27,198 bases of DNA from a virus (Duplodnaviria > Caudoviricetes). The notes beneath the pieces are model-generated. The model saw nothing but the letters and a program-made list of their open reading frames with translations. It did no database searches and was not told the origin of the DNA. Below, one piece after another: positions 1 through 9,434 of this stretch (the first letter of the stretch is position 1; each line of letters opens with the position of its first letter). The DNA lies in IMG/VR virus record IMGVR_UViG_3300007734_000536, positions 1-27,198 of that record. One strand, written 5' to 3'. A program made the translations under genes and the position numbers.

Positions 1-56
1 ATGGCAAAGACATTCGGTAATTACTTGAGTTTTTTGCAAAAACATTGAATGACGTT

Positions 57-548
57 ATGGGACGCCGACCAAACACCGCAATCCTCGCTCAAGCCGCTGC
101 CACCGGCGTCGGTTTGCGTCAGGCACGGCGCCAGCTCGAGAAAGGTCAAGGCGTTGCAACGGGTAAGGCTATGAAACCCATCGCCGGGATAGGATTGGAT
201 GGCGAGATCGATCGACTTGAATCCTTGGCGGCTACACTTGGCGAGGCTGCCAAGGAAGCCAGCGGGCCGGAGCGGTCGTCACTGATCGGCGATTACACCC
301 GCGTCGTTGAGGCACTGCGAAAAATGAAGGGCGATCGGCCCGACATTAACGAGGCGGAGGGCAAGATGGTTCCGATCGACGAGGCGGACAAGATACTGGC
401 ACGCCGTACCAACGCACTTATTCCGCTACTGCTTGGCATGCCCAAACGGCTAGCACCTATCTGCGCCCATCGCACGGCTGCTGAGATCCAGAAAGAAGTG
501 GAAAATGAGGTGGGGCAAGTCATGCGACAAGTACAGGCCGCGCTGTGA
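57..548 (+). CDS. terS: Terminase small subunit (Nu1-like)
   Basis: Immediately upstream of terL with GTGA overlap; C-terminal 'LLGMPKRLAP' segment resembles Nu1-like small subunits. ATG at 57 preferred over TTG at 45. Confidence 0.75.
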   Translation: MGRRPNTAILAQAAATGVGLRQARRQLEKGQGVATGKAMKPIAGIGLDGEIDRLESLAATLGEAAKEASGPERSSLIGDYTRVVEALRKMKGDRPDINEAEGKMVPIDEADKILARRTNALIPLLLGMPKRLAPICAHRTAAEIQKEVENEVGQVMRQVQAAL

Positions 549-2293
549 AGGCGGCTGAACAGCTACTCAAACGCGAGCGCGATCGCTGGAACTTTGAGCC
601 ACCACCATCCGTAATTGAGTGGGCGGAAAAGTACATTGAGTTGGATAGCAGGATCACGGCTCGCCCAGGTCTTTACTCAACCAAGTACACGCCTTACGTG
701 GCTGGCGTACTGGAAGCGCTGGCCGATCCGGGTGTGCATACGGTTAGCCTTTGTTGGGGTAGTCAGACAGGCAAGACGCTCACGCTGGCAATCTGGCTGG
801 CGTATCGGATTGCAAACGATCCAGCGCCTGCATTGCTCGTAATGCCTAACGCAGATCTAGCTAGGAGCTACAGCGAAACGCGACTGACTCCCATCTTTGA
901 GAAGTGCAAGCCAGTGCGGGCACTGTTCCCATACGACAGTGACGATTTTAAAATCCTAGAGATGCAGTTTACCAGCATGACTCTGAGCCTTGTGGGATCG
1001 AATAGCCCGGCCAATATCAGCTCAAGGCCGATCTGTATCGCGGTACTGGACGAGCTGGACAAGTTTGCTCCACCGACCGAACGCGAAGCGGCCGCCTACA
1101 ATCTGGCGCTGGAACGCACAAAGGCTTTCCCAAACCGAAAGCACGTACTAACTAGCACGCCCACGCTTTCAACTGGCGACATTTGGCAGAACTATCAGGC
1201 AGGAACGCAGGAAACTTTTCACGTCCCTTGCCACGCTTGCGGAGAATTTCAGGCAATGGAGTTCGGGCAAGTGCGATGGGCAGACAGTGCACGCAATTCT
1301 GACGGTAAGTGGGATCTGCAGAAAGTTGCAGACACGGCCGCATACTATTGCACAAAGTGCAACGAGCCGTGGACGGAAGGCCATAGACGCTCGGCCGTTG
1401 AGCAAGGCAAGTGGGTGGCGGCTAATCCGAACGCAGAGCGCGGGCGACGAAGCATGCGACTACCTAGCTGGTACTCGCCAACCGTCACGATCGCCGACTG
1501 CGCCAAACAGTTCCTAACTCAGAAGCACTATTTACACGGTTTACAAGGATTCGTGAACGGATGGAGTGCGATGCCGTGGGAAGATCAGTTTGATAGTGAT
1601 ACAACCGTCGACATTCCCGCCGGCGCCTTTGCTAAAAAGCAGAATTGGGAAACGGAACATCTTAAATTGGCGGCTATAGACAGACAGATCGACGAGTACT
1701 GGTTCGTGGTAAGGGCGTTTGCCAGGGATGGAACGAGCAGGCTAATTGACGAAGGACGGGCAAGGACGATCGAGGACGTGGCGCAACACTTGCACGCATT
1801 GGGCGTTCAACCAAAACACACGGCAATGGATAGCGGATACGAGACTCAAGATTCCTACCGAATCTGCGCCCGCTACAAGTGGACTGCATTAAAGGGCGAA
1901 GAACGACCAGCTTACTGGATTGAAACGCCACGCGGTCGAATGAAGTCAGTTCACTCAGCAGAGCAGCCCACTGACGCAGGCTGCATGCTTTTGCTTCTCA
2001 GTTCGCCAGCCTGTCAGGATCTGCTGGCATGGTTGCGGAGAGGGCAGGGGCCACGCTGGGAGATCGCCCATGACGTAAGCGCAGATTATCGGGAGCACAT
2101 GAGCAGCCACAAAAAGGTGCATAGGATTAACCGCAAGACAGGGCGCGATCACTACGAATGGATACGAATCAAAAGCAGACAGGATCACTTGTACGATTGC
2201 GAAACATACCTGGCTGGCTTTGCCGTATATGGAAAAGTCATTCGGCCTACTGCCTCGCTCGGCGAGGAATCGTTGACACCTGTGGCGTCGTGA
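545..2293 (+). CDS. terL: Terminase large subunit, lambda GpA family
   Basis: Walker A 'GSQTGKT', Walker B 'IAVLDELD', 'TSTPT' motif, CxxC pairs (CHAC, CTKC), C-terminal nuclease region 'DHLYDCETY'. Confidence 0.95.
   Translation: MKAAEQLLKRERDRWNFEPPPSVIEWAEKYIELDSRITARPGLYSTKYTPYVAGVLEALADPGVHTVSLCWGSQTGKTLTLAIWLAYRIANDPAPALLVMPNADLARSYSETRLTPIFEKCKPVRALFPYDSDDFKILEMQFTSMTLSLVGSNSPANISSRPICIAVLDELDKFAPPTEREAAAYNLALERTKAFPNRKHVLTSTPTLSTGDIWQNYQAGTQETFHVPCHACGEFQAMEFGQVRWADSARNSDGKWDLQKVADTAAYYCTKCNEPWTEGHRRSAVEQGKWVAANPNAERGRRSMRLPSWYSPTVTIADCAKQFLTQKHYLHGLQGFVNGWSAMPWEDQFDSDTTVDIPAGAFAKKQNWETEHLKLAAIDRQIDEYWFVVRAFARDGTSRLIDEGRARTIEDVAQHLHALGVQPKHTAMDSGYETQDSYRICARYKWTALKGEERPAYWIETPRGRMKSVHSAEQPTDAGCMLLLLSSPACQDLLAWLRRGQGPRWEIAHDVSADYREHMSSHKKVHRINRKTGRDHYEWIRIKSRQDHLYDCETYLAGFAVYGKVIRPTASLGEESLTPVAS
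2273..2279 (+). promoter_or_regulatory. TTGACA(C) late-gene motif, 20 nt before ATG 2293
   Basis: One of 8 TTGACA copies all 19-22 nt before an ATG (others at 4766, 5206, 12109, 14232, 16694, 19529, 22540). Confidence 0.65.
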
Positions 2294-2586
2294 TGGCTAT
2301 TTCCCGCAGACTCACGCGGGCCGTTGCTGTAAACTACCTGGCTCAAGCCTCAGGAGTTACCGCAAGCGCCCTGACCAACCTTGCCACTGACCGCAATGCG
2401 GCAATGACGGGCGCAGCATCAGGCCGTGCTCTTGTGGGATCTTCAGCGGGCGGACAATCCGCCAGCTTTCAGATCGACTTAAAACCTACCGAACGGGTTG
2501 AACTATTTCAGGCCGCTATCGATTACTTAAACGGCGTACAGGTCACACGCACCAGCGCCTCATTTTCTTATATTCTGGATAGCTGA
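2293..2586 (+). CDS. Head-tail joining protein (gpW-position), 97 aa
   Basis: Small ORF between terL and portal, TGATG coupling to terL; positional call. Confidence 0.6.
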   Translation: MAISRRLTRAVAVNYLAQASGVTASALTNLATDRNAAMTGAASGRALVGSSAGGQSASFQIDLKPTERVELFQAAIDYLNGVQVTRTSASFSYILDS

Positions 2587-2588
2587 TT

Positions 2589-4226
2589 ATGGCGCAGAAA
2601 CTTTCACTCGTGGCTCGGGTAGGTGCAGGGATCAAGGCGTTCGGCGCAGGATTCGGTGCAGGCATCAGCACGTTCCAGCCTTACGAGGGCGCAGGCTTTT
2701 CACGCAAACGGCCCGTCATCTACGGGGCACACGCCCGCGACTCACGCCTAGATCTAAATGAAGCGACACGGGTTGAGCTGCTTAAGCTTGCTCGGCACAT
2801 GTACCGCAACGTGGGCCTGATTAAAGGAGCGGTGGATTCGATCGCCACCTATTCGATTGGCCCAGGACTACGACCGCAGTATCGCGGAGCAGATCAAGAT
2901 TTCGGCAGGCTGTGTGAGGAATACTGGCGGGATATGGTAGTGCCATCACCTGAAGTTACAGGACGCATGACCTGGACAGATCTACTGCTATCGCTTTCAC
3001 GGTCGATCGATGTGGACGGTGACGTTTTTGTTGTAATGACTGAAAAGGGGAAGTTGCAAGTTGTCGAAGGCCACCGCGTTTGCGAAGGCGACGATTACGG
3101 AACAGCCGACGGCGTATTCCTTGGCAAGCTCGGAGAACCCACCGCATACCTCGTTCAAACAGGCGAGCTCTACAGAAAACTAACTTCAGATACCGTCATT
3201 CACTTAATGGAAATGGAACGGCCCGATCAGATCCGTGGAGGCTCTGCACTAGCTCGCGCACTCAATCACGTCCGCGATTTAAAAATGCTTGGCGAGTTTG
3301 AGAAGGACGCATTGAAATTGCAGGGAAGTATTGCGGCAGTAATTACAACTGACCAGGGCGACGAGCTGGCCGGGCAGGGTGGATTCTTTGGAACAGTGCA
3401 GGCGCAGGACAGCGGAGAAAGCACCATCGCCCGCGAGGAGATCACATCGTCAGCTACCATCCCACGCCTTTCACCTGGCGAAAAGATTGAGATGATTGGG
3501 CCGAATCGGCCGCACGCAGGCTTTGAGCCGTTCGCCAAGTTCCTCATTCGTGACGTGGCCATGGGCCTCGGATTGCCCGTTGAATTTGTTTACGACCCAG
3601 CCAGCGTAGGCGGGGCAGGGATGCGGTTTATTGTGGCAAAGGCACAGCGCAGATTTGAACAACGCCAACGCCTACTCATCGACAGATTCTGCAATCGGGC
3701 ATGGAGATTCTTTATTGGCGGAGCGATTGCCAACGGCGATCTACCGCCGGCCGAAGATTATGCAAAGGTTACGTGGCAGACGCCGAAGTCGCTAACCGTG
3801 GACGCAGGCCGCGAGGCACAGCAAGCCCGCGAGGACTACAAGGCGGGCCTATCCAGCCTGCAGGATTACTTTGGCGAACTTGGCCAAGATTGGGAAGAGC
3901 AGGTCAGACAGATTGCAAAAGAGCGTGAATTTGTCGCATCGATCGGAACGGTTGCACCGCAGACAGACGTGGCGGCTCCGGCAGAAGTAATCAAAGAGGC
4001 ACCAGCAATCGACGAGCCTACACCCGTCAATCCTGAGAAAGATCCAAACGCAGGGCCAGATGCGGAGCTGTCGGCTAAACCTAAAGAAACCGTTAAGGAA
4101 GTATTATCAGAATCTTTTACAATGAGGGACGATCCAGACTTTAACCTCTCCTCTAAAGAGCTGGATATGGTTGCCAAGGCCGTCGGGTTAAAAGATAAGA
4201 AACCAAGAACTACCAGAAAAAAGTAG
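2589..4226 (+). CDS. Portal protein, lambda family
   Basis: 'ARHMYRNVGLIKGAV', 'DGDVF', 'ERPDQIRG', 'AMGLGLPVE', 'GQDWEEQVRQIAKERE' motifs; acidic Pro-rich C-terminal extension. Confidence 0.92.
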   Translation: MAQKLSLVARVGAGIKAFGAGFGAGISTFQPYEGAGFSRKRPVIYGAHARDSRLDLNEATRVELLKLARHMYRNVGLIKGAVDSIATYSIGPGLRPQYRGADQDFGRLCEEYWRDMVVPSPEVTGRMTWTDLLLSLSRSIDVDGDVFVVMTEKGKLQVVEGHRVCEGDDYGTADGVFLGKLGEPTAYLVQTGELYRKLTSDTVIHLMEMERPDQIRGGSALARALNHVRDLKMLGEFEKDALKLQGSIAAVITTDQGDELAGQGGFFGTVQAQDSGESTIAREEITSSATIPRLSPGEKIEMIGPNRPHAGFEPFAKFLIRDVAMGLGLPVEFVYDPASVGGAGMRFIVAKAQRRFEQRQRLLIDRFCNRAWRFFIGGAIANGDLPPAEDYAKVTWQTPKSLTVDAGREAQQAREDYKAGLSSLQDYFGELGQDWEEQVRQIAKEREFVASIGTVAPQTDVAAPAEVIKEAPAIDEPTPVNPEKDPNAGPDAELSAKPKETVKEVLSESFTMRDDPDFNLSSKELDMVAKAVGLKDKKPRTTRKK

Positions 4227-4254
4227 TTGTACGCACACCCGCCGCCCATACGAT
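4227..4254 (+). promoter_or_regulatory. Sigma70-like promoter for a leaderless moron transcript
   Basis: TTGTAC-16 nt-TACGAT, with the GTG start 7 nt after the -10 hexamer. Confidence 0.5.
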
Positions 4255-4260
4255 TAGGGC

Positions 4261-4764
4261 GTGGACGATATCTCACCCGAAACGAGCTCCGTTTACTACG
4301 ATGATGGATCGGTCAGCGTTATTGGCCGAATGATTACAGTAGGCCATCCCTACAACCAAAACTATAACTTGGTATCCATTGTCGGCACTGCCCACGGACG
4401 CGAGAACATGGCGCTTGGCAGCATTATGTGGTGTTTTCTTAGTGCGTTCGGAATCTTATTTGGAGTTGTGCTGTGCAAAAATAGTCCCGTGATGGGCGTG
4501 ACGATTGCCTGCATGTCTATTGCTATTCTTTGGAAAATCATCCAAGGATCTTGCCGCCCTTACGTTGAATTGAAGTTTGGCGGACTAAACAATCAAATGC
4601 TGTTTATGAACAACGCCGAACAAGCCGCACATTTGGCTTATGCCATCAATAAGGCAATCCAAGACATGCACACGCCGCCCGAGCCTGGGCAACCTGTCTA
4701 CAACCCCATCTTTCCAGATCCAGCAGATCCCGTTTCCCGCAATCCTATCTTTAGCCGGAACTAA
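4261..4764 (+). CDS. Two-TM membrane protein (DUF6232-like), moron
   Basis: Two hydrophobic helices (SIMWCFLSAFGILFGVVLC; VMGVTIACMSIAILWKII), beta-rich N-terminus, Pro-rich tail; interrupts the portal-protease junction. Confidence 0.65.
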   Translation: MDDISPETSSVYYDDGSVSVIGRMITVGHPYNQNYNLVSIVGTAHGRENMALGSIMWCFLSAFGILFGVVLCKNSPVMGVTIACMSIAILWKIIQGSCRPYVELKFGGLNNQMLFMNNAEQAAHLAYAINKAIQDMHTPPEPGQPVYNPIFPDPADPVSRNPIFSRN

Positions 4765-4784
4765 TTTGACACCTGTTGGCCAGC

Positions 4785-5708
4785 ATGGCCAACAAACTCA
4801 AAAACGTCTCAATCCTCACCATCGGGGAAGCCCGTGGGCATAACCTTTTAATCGACGAAAAGTCGTTAGAGCAGGCGCTGGCTGTAGCGCAATCCATGAA
4901 GCGGATCAAAGTTACCATGGGCCACGGTGCACCCGTTACTGGAATCCTTGGATATATCGACGGATTCAGAATTGAAGGAGAGCGCCTTATGGGCGATCTG
5001 ACTCTGTTCAACACAAACGAGGCGCAGTTCGTTCAACACTTGGCGCAAGTCCTTCCAGAAGGCTTTGGAATGTCGCTCACTTTTAGCGGCGTACCCGAGG
5101 AGGTGGCTGGGAATCGCTTTGCACGAGTAACCGAGATCTACGATTGCTCAATCGTTTCCGAACCAGCCGCCAATCCCGCAGGTATGTTTTCTGCTTTCTC
5201 AGCAGTTGACATGAAAAAACTTCAAATGAACGAAGCACCTGTCGAAGTCAAAAAAGAGCTTAGTGAACCTGCCGTCGTGGCAGCTCCCGCACCCGAAGCT
5301 CCTGCCGTTGAAACTCCCGCAGTTGTCCAGGCACCGAAAGCCGAACTGGCCGAAATGCCTTCCGACAAGCCTGCGGAAAAAATGGCAGAACCTACCTTGA
5401 CCGACATCGCCGGCATGCTTGCAGAAGTGCTCGCTCTTATGAAAGCGGACGCAACTCAGGACGTGACCGAAGCTCCTGAAATGCCCGCTGAAGATATGGC
5501 TAAAAAAGAGATGAGCGCAAAGACTGAAGAAAAGGCCGACGAAAAGGCCGTGACCACTTTGGAAAAAGCCAAGGCCGACGCTGCTGGCGCAGTGGCGGTT
5601 CCCGCTGAATCGAGCCAACCGCTCGGCCGGGCAGAAATCCTCAATCAATTCAACGCGGAAAAGAATCCGACCCGTCGGTCGGAACTGCTCCGCAAACTCG
5701 GACTGTAA
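4785..5708 (+). CDS. Prohead protease-scaffold fusion
   Basis: N-terminal protease-like motifs (MGHG, GFGMS, DCSIVSEPAAN), then Ala/Glu/Pro/Lys-rich scaffold; directly upstream of capsid gene. Confidence 0.8.
   Translation: MANKLKNVSILTIGEARGHNLLIDEKSLEQALAVAQSMKRIKVTMGHGAPVTGILGYIDGFRIEGERLMGDLTLFNTNEAQFVQHLAQVLPEGFGMSLTFSGVPEEVAGNRFARVTEIYDCSIVSEPAANPAGMFSAFSAVDMKKLQMNEAPVEVKKELSEPAVVAAPAPEAPAVETPAVVQAPKAELAEMPSDKPAEKMAEPTLTDIAGMLAEVLALMKADATQDVTEAPEMPAEDMAKKEMSAKTEEKADEKAVTTLEKAKADAAGAVAVPAESSQPLGRAEILNQFNAEKNPTRRSELLRKLGL
5226..5708 (+). CDS. Nested in-frame scaffold protein (Nu3-like internal start), 160 aa
   Basis: In-frame ATG at the protease/scaffold boundary, preceded by TTGACA at 5206 at the same spacing as other late genes. 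Confidence 0.6.
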   Translation: MNEAPVEVKKELSEPAVVAAPAPEAPAVETPAVVQAPKAELAEMPSDKPAEKMAEPTLTDIAGMLAEVLALMKADATQDVTEAPEMPAEDMAKKEMSAKTEEKADEKAVTTLEKAKADAAGAVAVPAESSQPLGRAEILNQFNAEKNPTRRSELLRKLGL

Positions 5709-5732
5709 TCCAGTCCACTAGGAGAACACTAC

Positions 5733-6623
5733 ATGGCCAACTCAATCGGAACAACGAATGCCAATGTAATCGCTCAGAGGGCTCTCGAGATCCTCGTGGC
5801 GGATTACAGCTTCCTCAAGAACTCCGTAACGGATTTCAGCAGCGAAGCCGCAAAATACAACGCCTCGATCTACACCCACCGCATCTCTGCGACGACCGCA
5901 CAGGACTACTCGCAGACCAACGGTTATGTAGCGACTGCGACCACTCAGACAGACGTGCAGATCACTCTCAACAAGTTCAAGCACGTTTCGTATTCTGTGG
6001 ACGATCAAGAGCGCACCAGCTCCAACATCAACCTGATCGAGCGTTTCGCCGGCGCAGCCGCGCACGCCCTCGGGTTGCAAATGGTTGGGGATCTGTTGGC
6101 CCTCGTGACCTCCTCCACTTACACCAGCGCATTGACGGTTGCATCCAGCGCCTTCTCCTACCGCTCGGTAGTGTCGGCTGGAATCACCCTCAACAACAAC
6201 AACGCCCCGGTCAACGGCCGATACGCTGTTCTTAACCCCAGCTTCTACGGCGCATTGTTGAACGACAGCACCGTTGTGGCCAATCCTCAGATCACCGGCG
6301 ACCTCGTTCGCACGGCTGGGATCGGAAACGTTGCTGGATTCAACATCAACCAGTACAGCGCAGTGCCTTCCAACAGCATCACGCTCGGCGGATTCTTCGC
6401 CCAGCAGGAAGCGTTGTTGATCGCGGCCCGCGTTCCTGAAGTTCCGACCGGCGTTCCCATCCCTGGAGACATCTCGGTTGTGACGGAACCCCGCACTGGC
6501 CTTTCCGTCCAAGTTCGTGAGAACTACGACGTGGTGAAGGGCATGCTGCAACGCACCTACGCTTTGATCTACGGCGTGAAAGCCGGAGAGCCGAACAGCC
6601 TCGTGCGTATCAACGGTAGCTAA
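5733..6623 (+). CDS. Major capsid protein (HK97 fold, P22-coat-like)
   Basis: AGGAG Shine-Dalgarno, strongly biased codons, 'VQITLNKFKHVSY', 'GRYAVLNPSFYGALL', 'IGNVAGFNI', 'LIYGVK' motifs; followed by a strong hairpin. Confidence 0.88.
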   Translation: MANSIGTTNANVIAQRALEILVADYSFLKNSVTDFSSEAAKYNASIYTHRISATTAQDYSQTNGYVATATTQTDVQITLNKFKHVSYSVDDQERTSSNINLIERFAGAAAHALGLQMVGDLLALVTSSTYTSALTVASSAFSYRSVVSAGITLNNNNAPVNGRYAVLNPSFYGALLNDSTVVANPQITGDLVRTAGIGNVAGFNINQYSAVPSNSITLGGFFAQQEALLIAARVPEVPTGVPIPGDISVVTEPRTGLSVQVRENYDVVKGMLQRTYALIYGVKAGEPNSLVRINGS

Positions 6624-6630
6624 TTCACTC

Positions 6631-6673
6631 GGGGAGGGCGGTGGGCTGAAAGGCTCACCGCCCTTTCCACTTT
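6631..6673 (+). terminator. GC-rich hairpin after capsid gene (terminator or mRNA stabiliser)
   Basis: GGGGAGGGCGGTGGGCT-GAAA-GGCTCACCGCCCTTTCC, 17-bp stem including G:U pairs, GNRA loop, weak U tract. Confidence 0.7.
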
Positions 6674-6686
6674 AAGAAATCCTCAC

Positions 6687-6986
6687 ATGTCCGAATTCAC
6701 AGAAGCACTCAAGGAAAGTCTGGCCGCACTTTATACTCAAACCGGCACGGCCGCCACTATCGGTTCCACTTCAGTCACTGGCATTCTTTCCACTGTTACC
6801 CGTAAAGAAAACGTCGATCTCGGCGGATATGATCTGGATCTAAACTCTACCTTCACCATCGACGTGGCAAACCTAGCCACTGCTCCAACTATCGGATCTA
6901 TTCTGCTGGCCAACTCCGTCAGCTATCGGGTGGCGTCGATTGATACTTCTATCGGCAGTTACGTGCTTGGGTTGCGAGAGGTTTAG
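6687..6986 (+). CDS. Head closure / head-tail adaptor (gpFII-like)
   Basis: 99-aa beta-rich protein after the capsid gene; 'PTIGSILLANSVSYRVASI' pattern. Confidence 0.6.
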   Translation: MSEFTEALKESLAALYTQTGTAATIGSTSVTGILSTVTRKENVDLGGYDLDLNSTFTIDVANLATAPTIGSILLANSVSYRVASIDTSIGSYVLGLREV

Positions 6987-6987
6987 A

Positions 6988-8673
6988 ATGGCCACCCGAA
7001 ATCCTAAAATTTCCATCTACATGATCGCCGGGCACGAGGCGCAATTTATTGACCGTTGCCTTACCGCCTTCAAGCCATACTGCGACGAGCTGGTCGTGTG
7101 CATTGCCCAGGGCGCTTGGCCTGATGACGGAACACGGGCGATTGCGGAAAAGTCAGGGGCCAAGATAGTCGAATATAAAAACGCACCCGCAGGCGCAAGC
7201 TGGCCCCACGTAGATAACTTTGCCGCAGCTCGCAACACGGCGCTGGATGCCTGCACGGGCGACTATGCGGTATGGGTGGATTGTGATGACTTGCCACATA
7301 AAGACCTCAAAAACGCATTTAAAAGGGCCATAGAAGCATTTGAGCAGAATCCTAAGCTTGGCATTTATGCAGGGGTCTATGACGTTATAAACGCCAAATT
7401 AAGGCCAGTACGTGAGCGCATGGTAAGGCGTATAGACGGCGTATGGTCTGGAAAGTGGCACTATGCCGTACATGAGGCGCTATTGCCTAATGCTGGGCTG
7501 GAATCTGTAGGCGAGCAGGCCGTGTGGGTGGAGCATCACCCCGGCGGATATAAGCCAAACAGCGCCGATCGGAATCTCCGCATCCTGCAAGGCCAATTAA
7601 GCGAAGCGGGCAAGTATGCGTACTACTATCAACAGGAACTATTCTTAGGCAATCGCAGGACAGAATCGGAGCCGTGGTCACACGTCGCGGCCGTCTGGCC
7701 TGGGCAAGAGGCCACGCTGGCATACGAGGCCGCATGCAATCAGGCCACAGCTACGCAGGATCGCAACGTCAGGATTGGCCTATACCAAAAGGCACATCAG
7801 ATGAATCCTGGGCGAAGGGAAGCGATTTACTATTTAGCCAGGGAAGAGGCCAGCGTGGGTGCGTGGTTGCAAGCGTATCATTTGCTTAAGTCGGCAATGG
7901 TTCAGCCCGATCCGGGCGTGAAGATATGGAACGCCCAGCGCACCGTGTATGACTTTGAGTGCATCGATTTATATCTGGCGGCCTGCAAAGCCGTGGGCGA
8001 TACGACGGAAGCGGAGAAGATCGAGAAGATGTGGCGGGCACAGAAGCCCGTAAAGATTACTGTATGCCACGCAACGCGAGGACGGCCGCAGGAAGCAATT
8101 AACGCTCGTATTCTTTGGATGAAAAAGGCGGCAGACCCAGCCTCGATCGAGTGGATCTACTCAGTCGATGATGACGATCCAAAAGCCAGCATGCTTAAAA
8201 ATTGGGGCATCATTAGCGGTAAAGGCGGATGCGTTGCAGCTTGGAACAGAGCTGCAGAAGTGGCCCGTGGCGAAATTATCATTCAAGGCTCCGACGATTG
8301 GGATCCTCCTTTGCATTGGGATACGATCATCACTCAACGCCTTGGCGATCTAAGCAAGCCTGCCGTGCTTGCCGTATCCGACGGTCATCGCAAAGACGAT
8401 CTTCTGTGCATGGCAATTTTAACAAAGGCTCGGCTGAAACAGCAGGGCACAATGTTTGCGCCTGAGTATGACGCATGCTCAGGCATTTTCAGCGATAACG
8501 AGTACAGCTTACGCGGTGCAAAAGACGGCGTAATCATCGACGCCAAAGATATCGTCTTTACCCACAACAACCCAATCTTCACAGGCGCAGCGCAGGATGC
8601 GGAATTTAAGCGCCATAACGCCAAAGAAAACTACGAGCTGGGCGAGAAGATATTTAAAGAGCGTAACCCGTGA
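6988..8673 (+). CDS. Bifunctional glycosyltransferase: GT2 - TPR-like helices - second GT-A domain
   Basis: N-terminal GT2 motifs (ISIYMIA, FAAARNTAL, WVDCDD, VHE), helical TPR-like middle (LYQKAHQMNPGRREAIYYLA), second GT-A domain (HATRGRP, VAAWNRAA, QGSDDW, FSDNE). Confidence 0.85.
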   Translation: MATRNPKISIYMIAGHEAQFIDRCLTAFKPYCDELVVCIAQGAWPDDGTRAIAEKSGAKIVEYKNAPAGASWPHVDNFAAARNTALDACTGDYAVWVDCDDLPHKDLKNAFKRAIEAFEQNPKLGIYAGVYDVINAKLRPVRERMVRRIDGVWSGKWHYAVHEALLPNAGLESVGEQAVWVEHHPGGYKPNSADRNLRILQGQLSEAGKYAYYYQQELFLGNRRTESEPWSHVAAVWPGQEATLAYEAACNQATATQDRNVRIGLYQKAHQMNPGRREAIYYLAREEASVGAWLQAYHLLKSAMVQPDPGVKIWNAQRTVYDFECIDLYLAACKAVGDTTEAEKIEKMWRAQKPVKITVCHATRGRPQEAINARILWMKKAADPASIEWIYSVDDDDPKASMLKNWGIISGKGGCVAAWNRAAEVARGEIIIQGSDDWDPPLHWDTIITQRLGDLSKPAVLAVSDGHRKDDLLCMAILTKARLKQQGTMFAPEYDACSGIFSDNEYSLRGAKDGVIIDAKDIVFTHNNPIFTGAAQDAEFKRHNAKENYELGEKIFKERNP

Positions 8674-9434
8674 TTCATACCCACAACGCACTGCGGTTAG
8701 GCGACAACCTGATACAACTAAACTTCCTGCGTCGGCTATGCCTGCAGAATCCTGACCTTGAAATCACGCACTATTATAATCCCGGTCTGTGCAAGTTTGA
8801 GGAAATTGACGCCTTGCGTAGCGACATATCTTTACGGTTACGCATTCGCCCGATCAGCGAGGCGCCTGCCGATAGCATCGATTCGTGGCGGAACACTGGC
8901 GGATATTGGGAACGTCACCCCGACAAATTAAACTTTGCGCAATTTCACCTGTGCTGGTTTGAAGAACTGGCCAGCAGGATGTGCGTTAAAAATCCGATCC
9001 GCAAAGTTGAAGATCTGTTGTTTGATTATTGGGCGTTGGATTCTTTTATACCGATGGCGCCAGAGTGCGACATAGTGGTTATCAATTCGCCAGGACTATC
9101 TGGCCAATTTACAAATTTCAACCCTGACGATTTTCGTAACCTAGTATCTAAACTGGTTAGCAAGGGCCATCGCGTAATCAGCACCGTGGATACTGGATTA
9201 TGCCCAGCGTTTGATAATAAAAATGTAACTTGGATAGGAGCGACGGCTGCCAAAGCAAAAGCCGTGGTCGGAACATCTACCGGGCCGAGCTGGCCGTGCC
9301 TTAACGTCCACAACAAAGATGCTTTCCACCTGCTCTGTGCGGATACCGAAACAGTCATATTTACCCAACGTGGGCAGATGGCTAGGAGCGCATTTCACGC
9401 TTTGTATATTTTGGAAGAGGAAGGGTTGCTGTGA
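8670..9434 (+). CDS. Glycosyltransferase, GT9 (heptosyltransferase)-like GT-B fold
   Basis: N-terminal 'RLGDNLIQLNFLRRL' and C-terminal 'AKAVVGTSTGPSW' match GT9-type LGD and D/S-S/T-GP motifs; GTGA-coupled. Confidence 0.6.
   Translation: MIHTHNALRLGDNLIQLNFLRRLCLQNPDLEITHYYNPGLCKFEEIDALRSDISLRLRIRPISEAPADSIDSWRNTGGYWERHPDKLNFAQFHLCWFEELASRMCVKNPIRKVEDLLFDYWALDSFIPMAPECDIVVINSPGLSGQFTNFNPDDFRNLVSKLVSKGHRVISTVDTGLCPAFDNKNVTWIGATAAKAKAVVGTSTGPSWPCLNVHNKDAFHLLCADTETVIFTQRGQMARSAFHALYILEEEGLL

Noticed and set aside
2158-2292. Longer starts in the ORF track (2158, 6940, 18278, 24540, 26648, 26869)
   Set aside because: Most overlap upstream genes or promoters; shorter starts (2293, 6988, 18380, 24681, 26600, 26905) have coupling, SD or motif support
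3866-4276. 136-aa minus-strand ORF over the portal 3' end
   Set aside because: Shadow of a low-complexity C-terminal extension; no motif or expression signal
5742-6551. 269-aa ORF antisense to the capsid gene
   Set aside because: Same codon register as a strongly codon-biased, highly expressed gene that avoids TTA/CTA/TCA; no start signals or operon context
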